Shown piece after piece: positions 50,966 to 64,000 of a stretch of DNA of 64,000 nt. This DNA is from Eledone cirrhosa. Its lineage: Eukaryota. The position numbers and the translations under genes are program-made. Under the pieces are notes generated by a model that ran no database searches, was not told where the DNA came from, and saw nothing but the letters and a program-made list of their open reading frames with translations. Each line of letters begins with the position of its first letter. Positions within the stretch are counted from its first letter, which is position 1. Where the stretch lies: the NCBI GenBank assembly GCA_964016885.1, contig OZ024744.1, forward strand, positions 78,306,001 through 78,370,000, written 5' to 3'.

Positions 50966-51265
50966 TTGACAGCATTTGGCCATTGTTTATTGCCCGTTTT
51001 ACCTGCTAGTGTGTGTATATATATACATATACATACACACACCAGCAGGTAAAACGGGCAATAAACAATGGCGTGTTTGTTGTTTTACATGCTACCTCAA
51101 TTTTGATATTGATAAAATCATGTTTATTGCAACCCTGTATGTATGAAATCCTGCTTTCTCATTATCAAGCGTTTGTTCAATATAATGGCTGATTTATTCA
51201 AATCGTAATTTTGATAGTTTTTTCAATTTATGTGTTTGTTGCATTCAAGTGTATTTATTTTTCAG

Positions 51266-51411
51266 TGTATTATCCAAATTTTCCAGTGCCTCCAAGGCAC
51301 CAACAGAGAAAAAAAAGCAGCAATAAAATAAAAATTGTTGATCCAAAAACTGGCAAAGATATTTCTGATGAAATTAGGAACACTCTGCAGGCTCCTGATG
51401 GTTCTTTGGGG
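51266..51411 (+). CDS. EIF4G: eIF4G-like exon D with PABP-binding-like motif
   Basis: TTTTTCAG| ... |GTATGT, phase 1/0. RKKSSNKIKIVDPKTGKDISDEI resembles the metazoan eIF4G motif [23 protein letters not shown]. Confidence 0.85.
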
Positions 51412-51645
51412 GTATGTATTTTTCGAGCTTGTCTTTAGTTTTGCAAGAATTATCATGTTTTTAGCTTAAGTAAATGGTTTATTCAAAAGCAATGTAAAAT
51501 GTTTCACAATAAATGCTGCTTAATGCAAAAGGAGTATGCCTTAATTGTTGAAGGACAGTATTATGACATTTTTCAATTGCAATTTTCCAAATTTCTTAGA
51601 AATGCTTGTTTTTAAATGAATGTAATTTTTAATTTTATTTATTAG

Positions 51646-52885
51646 GGTGGTCCAGGTAGTGGTGATATGCGTGCACAATTTGCAGCACAGGTTGCTGCTA
51701 CATTGAAAACACCGAAGGAAGCTGTTTGTAATATTTTCCAGGTGCAAGTACCACAGTTGACAACTCTTCAAGCTGCACCTCAGATTGCACCAGCAACTGT
51801 CCAGACACAATCAATTCCTCATCGCCCAGTAACACCACAAGGACAGCGGAGGCAGACTAGTAAAAGCCCTCCTGATGTACTGCTGGATTCTACAAATGAC
51901 ATGAACTATTCTGGTACTTCACAAAAATTACCCGATAATACTTGCATGAAATATATGGCTCCAATGCCTGACCTGGCAGCTAATCAGCCACATACAGCAC
52001 CTACACAGCTCTCACCTCCAGTTTCACCACCTACCCAACAGACAGTTACTCAGGCAAAACATCCCCCACAGATCTACAAAAACTCCCAACCGGGTCATTC
52101 CTTGGAAATTCCTCCTCCAGCACATCCTACACAGATGCCGCAGGTATGTCCTATGCCACCTCAACAGCATCCACAAATGCCTGAGCAGCAGCCTGCTCAA
52201 CCAAGAATTGATCCTTCAATTAAATCAATGCCTCAAGCACCAAAACATGTGCTGGCATCAGGAAACCAAGTTCCTTTGCCTCTACCACATCAAAACGTTA
52301 CATACATTGAAAATTCACTGTCTTCACAAGAGATTTCACAAACATTTTTAAACCAAAAGGTTTCTCAAGAAGTTATTCAAAATTCTATGATGGCGCCGGT
52401 GCCAGGCTTGCAGCAACGGCCATTTAATTCTACACTTGATTTAGATGAACGAGAAGTAATCGTTAAACCAGACACTTATAATCCATCAATTTCAAAATCG
52501 GGAGCCTTAAAAAAAGATGATTCTCCAGATAGACAAACGGATGATTCTTCACAGCTAGCTGCCCAATCACAAATCTTGCCTGCTCCTGAACCTGTTCAAC
52601 CAGAACCTAATCAGCAAGAGAATACACATGAAGTGGCAGTAAAACCAGTAAACATTGAACCTGATGATAATACAGTAAGTGAAACTAAAGAAGAACCCTT
52701 GAAAAAAGAGGAATCACCTGTTTTGCTTGAAGTTGAAAAAACAGAAGTTAATACTGAAAAGAATGCTGCCAGTGGTGAATGTATAGCTGATACAAAAGCA
52801 GCAATTGATGAGAGTGAAAGTACAAGTGTTCCTACTCCTACTCCTACTCCTCCTCCTCCAGAAAGCTGTGCAGAAGAAATTAGCT
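51646..52885 (+). CDS. EIF4G: eIF4G-like exon E (1240 nt, P/Q-rich then acidic, likely disordered)
   Basis: TTATTAG| ... |GTAAGC, phase 0/1. It begins GGPGSGDMRAQFAAQVAATL and covers most of ORF 51667-52995. Confidence 0.85.
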
Positions 52886-53811
52886 GTAAGCTTCCTTTTT
52901 TCTTTCTTTCTTTTTATATATATATATATAGATATTATCATTGTTGTAATCATCATGCTAGTCCAGTGTGTATTTTATCAAGCCACCAGTACTAGGAAGG
53001 TTGTTATATCTTCGGCAAATCTGAAGAATCCTCCCTACCCTGTGTTTAGCAACTCTTCTATGTCTGTTTACTCTTCTTATCACCAAGCACATTACAGAAT
53101 GTACTGGGTGTTTTGTGCAATCAACACAGGATTGTCTTGCCTTTGACACAACTAGAAGCCCATCCTATCACTAACCACCTAACAAGGTATACTGGGTGCA
53201 TACTAAAGTTGTGTTGTGACTGAAGGGTCCTATCAACTCTTTTTGGTATAGCTTCTTTGGCTTGGAGCCTTAACACCAATCGCTTTATAGTGTATTTGTG
53301 CATCAGCACTAAGGAGGCTCCGTCATTGACTTAAAGTGCCCTCTCTACCTGGAGGGCAGCATGTTGTAGAGTGGAGAATGAAAGGGGTTGGAAATTACAA
53401 TTCCACCAGTCCCATCAACTGATTTTTTTTTCTTTTTTTTTTTTCCTGCATCTCATACAACTGTCACTTTCCATATGCCCCCCCCCCCTGCGTATCACAT
53501 CAGGTTCTTCCCATACAGAGTTACTGTGCTTAATCCTGTGTCATCTCCTTCATAAGGTCCAGTTTCTTCAGGTCATTCTTAACTTCATCCCATGTCTTCC
53601 TAGGTTTTCCTCTTCCACAGATTCCATATACTTCAAGCACCTGATACAACTCCTGCTGCTCTCTCTATACATCACATGCCCAAACCAGTGCAAATATCTC
53701 TTTCATGCTACATTAAATTCTTATTCTCAGTTCAGATATGCTAACATTACACACATCCGGTGTAGCATGTGTTTCATTTTTTAGCCTCTGCAGAACATTG
53801 CAGATATAATT

Positions 53812-55230
53812 TTAACCCTTTAGCATTCGCATTAATTTACAAACGTCGTGCTTATCTGTTCGCATTATTTTCCAGTATCGGTAGAGGGTCGGACGCCATG
53901 CTTTCCAGCATAGTTACGTCCCTTTACGATCTGAGTTCAAATCCCGCCGAGGTTGACTTTGCCTTTCATCCTTACGGGGTCGATAAAATAAAGTACCAGT
54001 AATGCACTGGGTTATTGCTGGCCTTGTGCCTAAAGTAGAAACAATTATTTTCAGGTGGATTGGCAGTATCGGTAGAGGGTCGGACGCCATGCTTTCCAGC
54101 AAAGTTACATCCCTTTACGATCTGAGTTCAAATCCCGCCGAGGTTAACTTTGCCTTTCATCCTTACAGGGTCGATAAAATAAATTACCAGTAATGTAATA
54201 TTTGCTGGCCTTGTGCCATAAAGTAAAAACAATTATTTTCAGTTAATCATACTCAAGAGGGTTATCAATTTTATTTGTTTGTAATTTTCTTAATTTTCTA
54301 TGTGCAGGCTTGAAATTTTGTCAGATGTTTAAATATCAATAATTTACAATTATATAATTTTACCTGATTTTTTTGGGGGGTCAAATTTGACTTTTATGAA
54401 ATTAATTAATTAATTGAGGCATTTGAAGTATCAATCAAGTGCAAATACTGGTTTAATTTTAAATACTTTGTTTTCGGCATAATACTTGATATATAAGAAT
54501 CACTAAACCTTATATATCAGTGTTCCGGTAATTCCACAGTCTTGGAAATTGTTTTATACCGAACATATTTCTGGTAAAAAATACTTTCGTTTCCTTAGCA
54601 TCTTTCGGTCGCCATAACAGATCGGGTTTTCCTCGATTTGAAATCTGTTGTTGGGTATATCGATTAATCCCTTCTGCCATAACTTCGAAGAAAGTTTGTG
54701 GTAAAAACAAAATGAAATAGTTCAGTGCTTTAGCATTGAGAGCTAATGTGTGTTGTGGACCAGTATTTTGAATAAAATCGGGAACATATATTGGTGTGGT
54801 ATTTTCCAACCACATTGCTGTAATATTTTCAATGGCGTCTGGAGACCTCCTTCATTTTCAGTTTCAACACAACAATCATCGTCGGACGAAATTTCAGAAA
54901 TGTAAACATCAGATTAATTTGAAGATAAATCACTAATATTATCGTTTGTTTCTTGTTTATTCTGAAAGTCGTCGTGTGTAAAAACTTCAAAGTCGGTATC
55001 ACTACTTTCATAAGCCATGTTGATACAAAAAAAAATTTGTTGCACTTTCAAAGTTAAAAAAAACACTTGTTGTTTTAAGTTGTTCCACTATATTAAGTGT
55101 TAATTTTCGCGGTAAGAGCCTAATCTCGCAGCAGTCTCGAATTGACGAGATTTTGATGGTTTGTTTATTTTTAGAACAATTTTTTAGTGTGGGTTTTTTC
55201 GGGAGATTTCGGGCATTTTGAACTACGGTT
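53812..55230 (-). mobile_element. Second piggyBac deletion-derivative copy, interrupted by two tandem family-A SINEs (53872-54240, +)
   Basis: Colinear with 37551-38567. ATG at 55018 (MAYESSDTDFEVF) and ORF 54510-54815. The right-hand terminus is not clearly seen. Confidence 0.88.
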
Positions 55231-55764
55231 TTAAAAAAAAAATAGCTTAGCTCAAACTTTATCAAACCTTCACACATATTTCCTACACTACCAGCTTCGC
55301 CCACTGAGGACAATTATTTATACTCTTGTTTCTTGAAATTTCCCCTCTTGCCTCTTGAATATGGTCTGCATCTACTTGTTTTCTCTCCAGCATTTCCAAA
55401 ATTTCTTACCATTCACCCTTTTACTTTAAACCTGCCACCATCACTATTGGCAGGTTTAAAGGTTTGTACCTGGCAGGAAAAGAGTGGTTCTCTTTGTAGG
55501 TGGCAATTTCATCATCTGAAAGGAAGTTTTGTGCAATTGCTTCTACTTAGATGTTTCCAACAATTGATTTACTATTTCTACTCTAACAAATTAATACAAA
55601 TAATTAGTAATATTATGCATATGTCTTATCACTTGCACTAATATGAAATAATTTTGTTTTTTAAAGTTACTAATTGTTAAATTTCAATGTATATTACAAC
55701 ACAAAATCTGTTTATAAAAATATTTATGCTGATATGTAATTGAGAGTTGCTATTACATTTACAG

Positions 55765-55856
55765 CCAAGGATTCAAAGAAAGAGAAAACAAATATAAACG
55801 AAACATTGATTGTTGGCAAAACAGAAGCTGAAAATGATAATGTTGAAAAACTAGAA
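55765..55856 (+). CDS. EIF4G: eIF4G-like exon F (KDSKKEKTNINETLIVGKTEAENDNVEKLE); the gene continues beyond the window
   Basis: TTTACAG| ... |GTGAGT, 92 nt, phase 1/0, consistent with exon E. Confidence 0.75.
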
Positions 55857-56089
55857 GTGAGTATATTAAATGTCATATATATAAAAGCATTTTCTTATGT
55901 ATGTACATTTTTTTAAAAATTATATATATCTATATGTGTATATATATATATATATATATAACCTAATTACATTTTGAAAAATCCCTTTGTGGATAACTGT
56001 CTACTGTTAGTTAAGTAATGAAGATTGGATTTGAAAAAAAATCAGTACTTTATCAGAGCTAATATCCTCCAGGAGCAAATTGGACATCT

Positions 56090-56181
56090 CTATTTTATAT
56101 ATATATATTTTATCTATATATATATTATATTTATTTTATATATATATATATATTTTATATATATATTGTATTTATATTTTT

Positions 56182-56214
<33 letters not shown>

Positions 56215-56396
56215 GTTTTTTATATTTTATATATATATATAGATATTTTATATTTCAGAGTTAAACAAGGTTCAATGAATACATCAAAGAATGTATATAT
56301 ATATATATAGATTTTATATATATATAGAGATTTTATATATATATATATAGAGATTTTATATATATATATATAGATTTTATATATATATATATATAG

Positions 56397-56432
<36 letters not shown>

Positions 56433-56940
56433 TTTTATATATATATATATATAGATTTTATATATATATTTTATATATATAGAGATTTTATATATATATT
56501 TTATATATATATAGATTTTATATATATATTTTATATATATATAGATTTTATATATATATATATATATAGATTTTATATATATATATATATAGATTTTATA
56601 TATAGATTTTATATATATATATTTTATATATATATTTTATATATATATTTTATATATATATATATATATTTTATACATATAGATTTTATATATATTATAT
56701 ATATAAATATATATATATATTTATATTTTATATATATATTTATATTTTATATATATTTATATTTTATATATATTTATATTTTATATATATATTTTTTTAT
56801 ATTTATATATATATAATATATATATTTTATATATTTTATATTTATATATATATTTTATATATTTTATTATATATATATAATATATATATTTTATATATAT
56901 ATAATATATATATTTTATATATTTATATATAAAATAATAA
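56090..56940. repeat. AT-rich compound microsatellite, including GATTT(TA)n units
   Basis: Seen directly in the sequence. Confidence 0.95.
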
Positions 56941-57059
56941 AATATCATTTTACGTCCGCTTTTCCCTGCTTGCAAGGGTGGGACGGAAACTGATTCTGGC
57001 TTGATTTCTACAGCTGGATGCCTTTCCTAACACCAACCTCATTTACAGTGAGTATTATA

Positions 57060-57097
<38 letters not shown>

Positions 57098-57098
<1 letters not shown>

Positions 57099-58661
57099 CA
57101 TCATCGTTTATGTTCCAGGCTTGCATGGGTTTGGACGGGAATTTTCCCACTTGAGGCATGAGTGGTTGTCTTGCTCGCATAGGACTGTAGGCGGGTTTTC
57201 TACAGCTGGATGCCCTTCCTAACACCAACCACATTTACAGTGTGGGACTGGGAGGTTTTTACCGTGTTGCCTACACGGCCACATTACAGCGTGGACTGTG
57301 TGTTTTTTTTTTGTCGTGACACCTACATGACCTCATTTGTTTCCGGCTGGATGTTGTGACACCAACATAACTTTACATTGAAAGGGGCAGTGTGGATGGG
57401 ACAGGGGTGTATTTTGTTAGAGATGCCTACTGACTGTAGTAGGTTTTACTTTGTATTTAGGTAAGGCGGGTCTTCTCTATTACTGAGTACCGCCAAAGAT
57501 CTCGGTCCAGTGACATTGTCTTGGAGAGGTGTAAGTGTGTGAGGTCGGAATTTATCAGGTCGTCCCAGGTTTTTCTGGGTCTGCCTACTCCGTGGCTACC
57601 GTCTATCTTTATTGCCTTGCACTTTTTTATACAGCTGTCGTCTTTCATGCGCATCACGTGACCATACCAACGTAGTCTTCTCCCGAGTAAACAACATCTG
57701 ATCCCTCTTATTTCTAATTTTTTCCTTAGTTCGTTTATGCTTTGCCGTTTGCGTATATTACTATTACACATCCAGCGGAGCATGCAAGCTTCGTTCCTCT
57801 CTAGTCTGCGTATATCCTCTGCACACAAGGCCCAGGTCTCACTGCCATGCAGCATTGCTGTTCGTATGAGGCATCATACAGCATGCCTTTCATTTTTAGG
57901 GAGACCACTTTAGCGGCTAATAGTGGTATAAGCTCTCTGAACTTTTTCCATCCCGTTCTGACTCTAGCTACTGTACTTTCAGAGCACCCTCCCCCACTGC
58001 TGATTTTGTCACCCAGGTAACGGAAGCTGTCCACTATTTCTATAGAACCCTGTGTGCAATTGAAAGAGCTAGTATTTTGTGGGCACTTGCTGCTACAGTA
58101 TTTTGTGGGCACTTGCTGCTACTTATTGCACCAGAGCACCGGCCACATGTAAAATCTGTGTTCTTAGTTAGCTTACCTGTGATCCCACTACATCTTTTAT
58201 GCACCCTTATTTTGCATTTGGGACATAAAATGGAGTTTCTACCTACGCCTTTCCTACACACTGAGCATGGCCATTTCCCGGAAGGGACCGGCGCCTTATT
58301 TTCTTTCCTACAAACTAGAACTTTAGTCTTAGACAAGTTAACTTTAAGGCCTTTTGATTCTAGGCCATGCTTCCATGTTTGGAATTTCTTTAGTTCAGCT
58401 ATTGATTCAGCTATGAGCGTTAGATCATCTGCATAGAGAAGTTCCCATAGGCAGCCGGTCTTGAACTCCTCTGTTATAGCCTGAAGGGCAATAATAAATA
58501 GTAGGGGGCTAAGGACGGAGCCCTGATGAACACCAACTTTTACGCTAAACTCTTCACTATATTCGTTGTTAATTCTAACCTTGCTGACTGTTTCTTTATA
58601 CATGGCTTGTATAGCTCTCACAAGCCATTCATCAACACCTAGTTTTCTAAGAGCCCACCAG
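57098..58661 (-). mobile_element. 5'-truncated RTE LINE with intact PHD-like insert, closely related to 9375-10955
   Basis: ORFs 58040-58720, 57801-58112 and 57457-57855. A 26-bp tandem duplication at 58071-58122 causes a frameshift. Confidence 0.95.
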
Positions 58662-58759
58662 AGGTTGACTTTGCCTTTCATCCTTACGGGGGTCGATAAA
58701 ATAAAGTACCAGTAATGCACTGGGTAATTGCTGGCCTTGTGCCTAAAGTAGAAACAATT

Positions 58760-61479
58760 ATATATATATATTATATATTATATATATATATTATATATAT
58801 ATTATATATTATATATATATTATATACATATATATATTATATATATATATTATATATATATTATATATTTATATTATATATTATATATATATATATTTAT
58901 CTTATATATTTATATATTATTTATATATTTATATATTTATATATATATTATATATATTATATATTTATATATATATTATATATTTATATATATATTATAT
59001 ATTTATATATATATATATTATATATTATATACTTACTCTTTTACCTGTTTCAGCCATCCGGCTGAGGCCATGCTGGGGCACCGCCATATTATATATTATA
59101 TATATTATATATATATTATATATATATATAATATATATATATTATATATATATATAATATATATATATATATTATATATATTATATATATATATAATATA
59201 TATTATATATATTATATATATATATAATATATATTATATATATATATTATATATAATATATATATATATATTATATATATATATAATATATATTATATAT
59301 ATATATAATATATATATATAATATATATATATATATATAATATATATATATATAATATATATAATATAATATATATATATAATATATATATATATATTAT
59401 ATATTATATATATATATATATTATATATATATTATATATATATATTATATATATATATTATATTATATATATTATATATATATATATTATATATATATAT
59501 ATATATTATATATTATATATATATATTATATATATATATTATATTATATATATATTATATATATATATTATATTATATATATATTATATATATATTATAT
59601 ATATAATATATATATATTATATATATATATTATATATATATATTATATATATAATATATATTATATATATATATTATATATATATATTATATATATAATA
59701 TATATTATATATATATATTATATATATATATATTATATATATGATATATATATATATATATTATATATATTATATATATAATATATATATATATATATTA
59801 TATATATAATATATATATATATATATATTATATATATTATATATATAATATATATATATATATATAATATATATAATATATATAATATATATATATATAA
59901 TATATATATAATATATATATATATAATATATATATATATATTATATAATATATATATATATAATATATATATATATATTATATATTATATATATATATTA
60001 TATATATTATATATATATATTATATATATTATATATATATATTATATATATTATATATATAATATATATTATATATATAATATATATATATATATATTAT
60101 ATATATTATATATATATATATATATATTATATATATTATATATATTATATATATATATTATATATATATATATATTATATATTATATATATAATTTATAT
60201 ATATATATATTATATATATTATATATATAATATATATATATATATTATATATATAATTTATATATATAATATATATATTATATATATAATTTATATATAT
60301 AATATATATATATATTATATATATTATATATATATATATTGTATATATATTATATATATAATTTATATATATAATATATATATATTATATATATATAATA
60401 TATATAATTTATATATATTATATATATATATATTGTATATATATTATATATATAATTTATATATATAATATATATATATTATATATATATAATATATATA
60501 ATTTATATATATAATATATATATATATTATATATATATAATATATATAATTTATATATATAATATATATATATATATAATATATATAATTTATATATATA
60601 TTATATATATAATTTATATATATATAATATATATATATTATATATATATATTATATATATATATTATATATATATTATATATATATTATATATATATATT
60701 ATATATATATTATATATATATATTATATATATATTATATTATATTATATATATATATATATATATTTATATATTATATATATATATATTTATATATTATA
60801 TATATATATTTATATTATATATATATATATATTATATTATATATATATATTATATATATATATTATATATATATATTATATATATATATTATATATATAT
60901 TATATATATATTATATATATATATTATATATATATATTATATATATATATTTTATATATATTTTATATATATATATTATATATATATATTTTATATATAT
61001 TATATATATATTATATATATATATTATATATATATATTATATATATATTATATATATATATTTTATATATATTATATATATTTTATATATATTATATATA
61101 TATTATATATATATATTATATATATATATTATATATATATTATATATATATATTATATATATATTATATATATATTATATATATATATTATATATATATT
61201 ATATATATATTATATATATATATTATATATATATATTATATATATATTATATATATATATTATATATATATTATATATATATATTATATATATATATTAT
61301 ATATATATATTATATATATATATTATATATATATTATATATATATATTATATATATATATATTATATATATATATTATATATATATATATTATATATATA
61401 TTATATATATATATTATATATATATATTATATATATATATTATATATATATATATTATATTATATATATATATTATATT

Positions 61480-61515
<36 letters not shown>

Positions 61516-62303
61516 ATATATATTATATATATATATATATATTATATATATATATTATATATATATATTATATATATTATATATATATATATTATATATA
61601 TATATTATATATATATATTATATATATTATATATATTATATATATTATATATTATATATATATATTATATATATTATATATATTATATATATTATATATA
61701 TTATATATATTATATATATTATATATATTATATATTTTATATTATATTATATTATATATATTATATATATATATTATATATTATATTATATATATTATAT
61801 ATATATATTATATATTATATTATATATTATATTATATATATTATATATTATATTATATTATATATTATATATTATATTATATATATTATATATTATATTA
61901 TATTATATATATATATTATATATATATTATATATATATTATATATATATTATATATATATTATATATATATATTATATATATATATTATATATATATATT
62001 ATATATATATTATATATATATTATATATATATATTATATATATATATTATATATATATATTATATATATATATTTTATATATATATATTATATATATATA
62101 TTTTATATATATTTTATATATATATATTATATATATATATTTTATATATATTATATATATTATATATATATTATATATATATATTATATATATATTATAT
62201 ATATATATTTTATATATATTATATATATATATTTTATATATATTTTATATATATATATATATATATTTTATATATATTATATATATATATATATATATTA
62301 TAT

Positions 62304-62334
<31 letters not shown>

Positions 62335-62357
62335 ATATATATATATTATATATATAT

Positions 62358-62412
<55 letters not shown>

Positions 62413-62825
62413 ATTATATATATATTATATATATATTATATATATATATTATATATATATTATATATATATATTATATATATATATTATATATTATATAT
62501 ATATATATATTATATATATATATTATATATATATTATATATATATATTATATATATATATTATATATATATATTATATTATATATATTATATTATATATA
62601 TATATTATATTATATATATATATTATATATATATATTATATATATATATTATATATATATTATATATATATATTATATATATATATTATATATATATATT
62701 ATATATATATATTATATATATATATTATATATATATATTATATATATATATTATATATATATATTATATATATATATATTATATATATATTATATATATA
62801 TTATATATATATTATATATATATAT

Positions 62826-62868
<43 letters not shown>

Positions 62869-63460
62869 TATATATATTATATATATTATATATATTATAT
62901 ATATTATATATTATATATATATTATATATATTATATATATTATATATATTATATATATTATATATATATATTATATATATTATATATATTATATATTATA
63001 TATTTTATATTATATTATATTATATATATTATATATTTTATATTATATTATATTATATATATTATATATATATATTATATATTATATTATATATTATATT
63101 ATATATATTATATATTATATTATATTATATTATATATATTATATATTATATTATATTATATTATATATATTATATATTATATTATATTATATATTATATT
63201 ATATATATTATATATTATATTATATTATATATATATATTATATTATATATTATATATTATATTATATATATTATATATTATATTATATTATATATATATA
63301 TTATATATTATATTATATATTATATTATATATATTATATATTATATTATATTATATTATATTATATATTATATTATATTATATATTATATATATATATAT
63401 ATATATAATAGGATATATATATAATATATAATATATAATATTATATATATATATAATATA
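58760..63460. repeat. ~4.7 kb degenerate (TA)n array with a small SINE fragment at about 59030-59086
   Basis: Almost pure A/T. Confidence 0.97.
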
Positions 63461-64000
63461 CAGTACAACCTGTCTCATGGTCGGGTCGTTGGCGACTAAA
63501 CTGGCAACCCCACCAAGGTTTCTTGGTGAGGAGGGTGACTTTGGACATCAAAATAAAACGTGTTAAAGGGCAAAGGAACTCCTAGGAGCTCTTAAGAGCT
63601 CTTGGAGTCAATGGCCATCCAAAACCAACACAGCCCGCCGAAAGGCGCTGCAGTGCCGGAAAAGTCAACTTCCTGCTACTAGTATGCTGGTTAGCTAGTA
63701 CAACGTATCTCCAGATGGATAGTGGGTCCGTAGCTTTGGTTAGCGACTACTCTAGTGCTTGCAACACGAACAATTAGGGGAGGGTATAAATACCAGGTTG
63801 GTATCTGGCGCCGGGTAACCCACCACACGGATGAGAAAGCACCTTCTTCAAGACTTGGCTGTCAAATTCTTTCATATGTGTGTAGTAGTGGCGCCCACAC
63901 ACATTAGCTATTTGAAAAGATGATGGATTTCACAACTAACTGCACCAGGTTTCCTGTTCCTCAGGGAACCACACTATATGGTATACCTGTTGATATAGGT
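63461..64000 (+). mobile_element. GC-richer, hairpin-rich segment; probable 5' UTR of a young non-LTR retrotransposon
   Basis: Abrupt compositional change after the (TA)n array, retained CpGs and several local stems. No coding sequence is visible to confirm the call. Confidence 0.4.

Noticed and set aside
52886-52995. C-terminal tail of the 442-aa ORF (KLPFFFLSFYIYIY...)
   Set aside because: It is read-through into the intron past the donor at 52886.
56025-59321. Tyr/Ile-rich ORFs here and at about 5700-6100 and 21735
   Set aside because: They are translations of (TA)n microsatellites.
63461-63503. HDV-like ribozyme
   Set aside because: A P4-like hairpin and CTAA are present, but P1, P2 and the L3 TCC motif could not be assembled.

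Overview
This is AT-rich, repeat-dense eukaryotic DNA, most likely from an octopod cephalopod. That assignment is inferred from the SINE, RTE LINE and microsatellite repertoire. The only host gene I can support is the 5' part of a + strand eIF4G-type translation initiation factor gene. It has six phase-consistent coding exons between 42344 and 55856, including a PABP-binding-like motif (RKKSSNKIKIVDPKTGKDISDEI). The eIF4E-binding and MIF4G regions are not in the window. A TE-poor, CpG-retaining zone at about 17.3-23.5 kb holds several candidate alternative promoters and first exons; one of them could add an in-frame N-terminal extension. The rest is mobile DNA: RTE LINEs with a PHD-finger-like insert inside the reverse transcriptase, tRNA-derived SINEs, TTAA piggyBac MITEs plus a transposase deletion derivative, a nested Helitron cluster, Tigger and Tc2-like relics, Penelope-like relics with a decayed hammerhead ribozyme, microsatellite-centred fold-back hairpins, and a ~4.7 kb (TA)n array. 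I found no unambiguous new system. The best leads are the PHD-containing RT, the hammerhead/fold-back Penelope pieces, the structured element at the right end, and the 5' architecture of eIF4G. All family assignments come from motif recognition by eye, not database searches.
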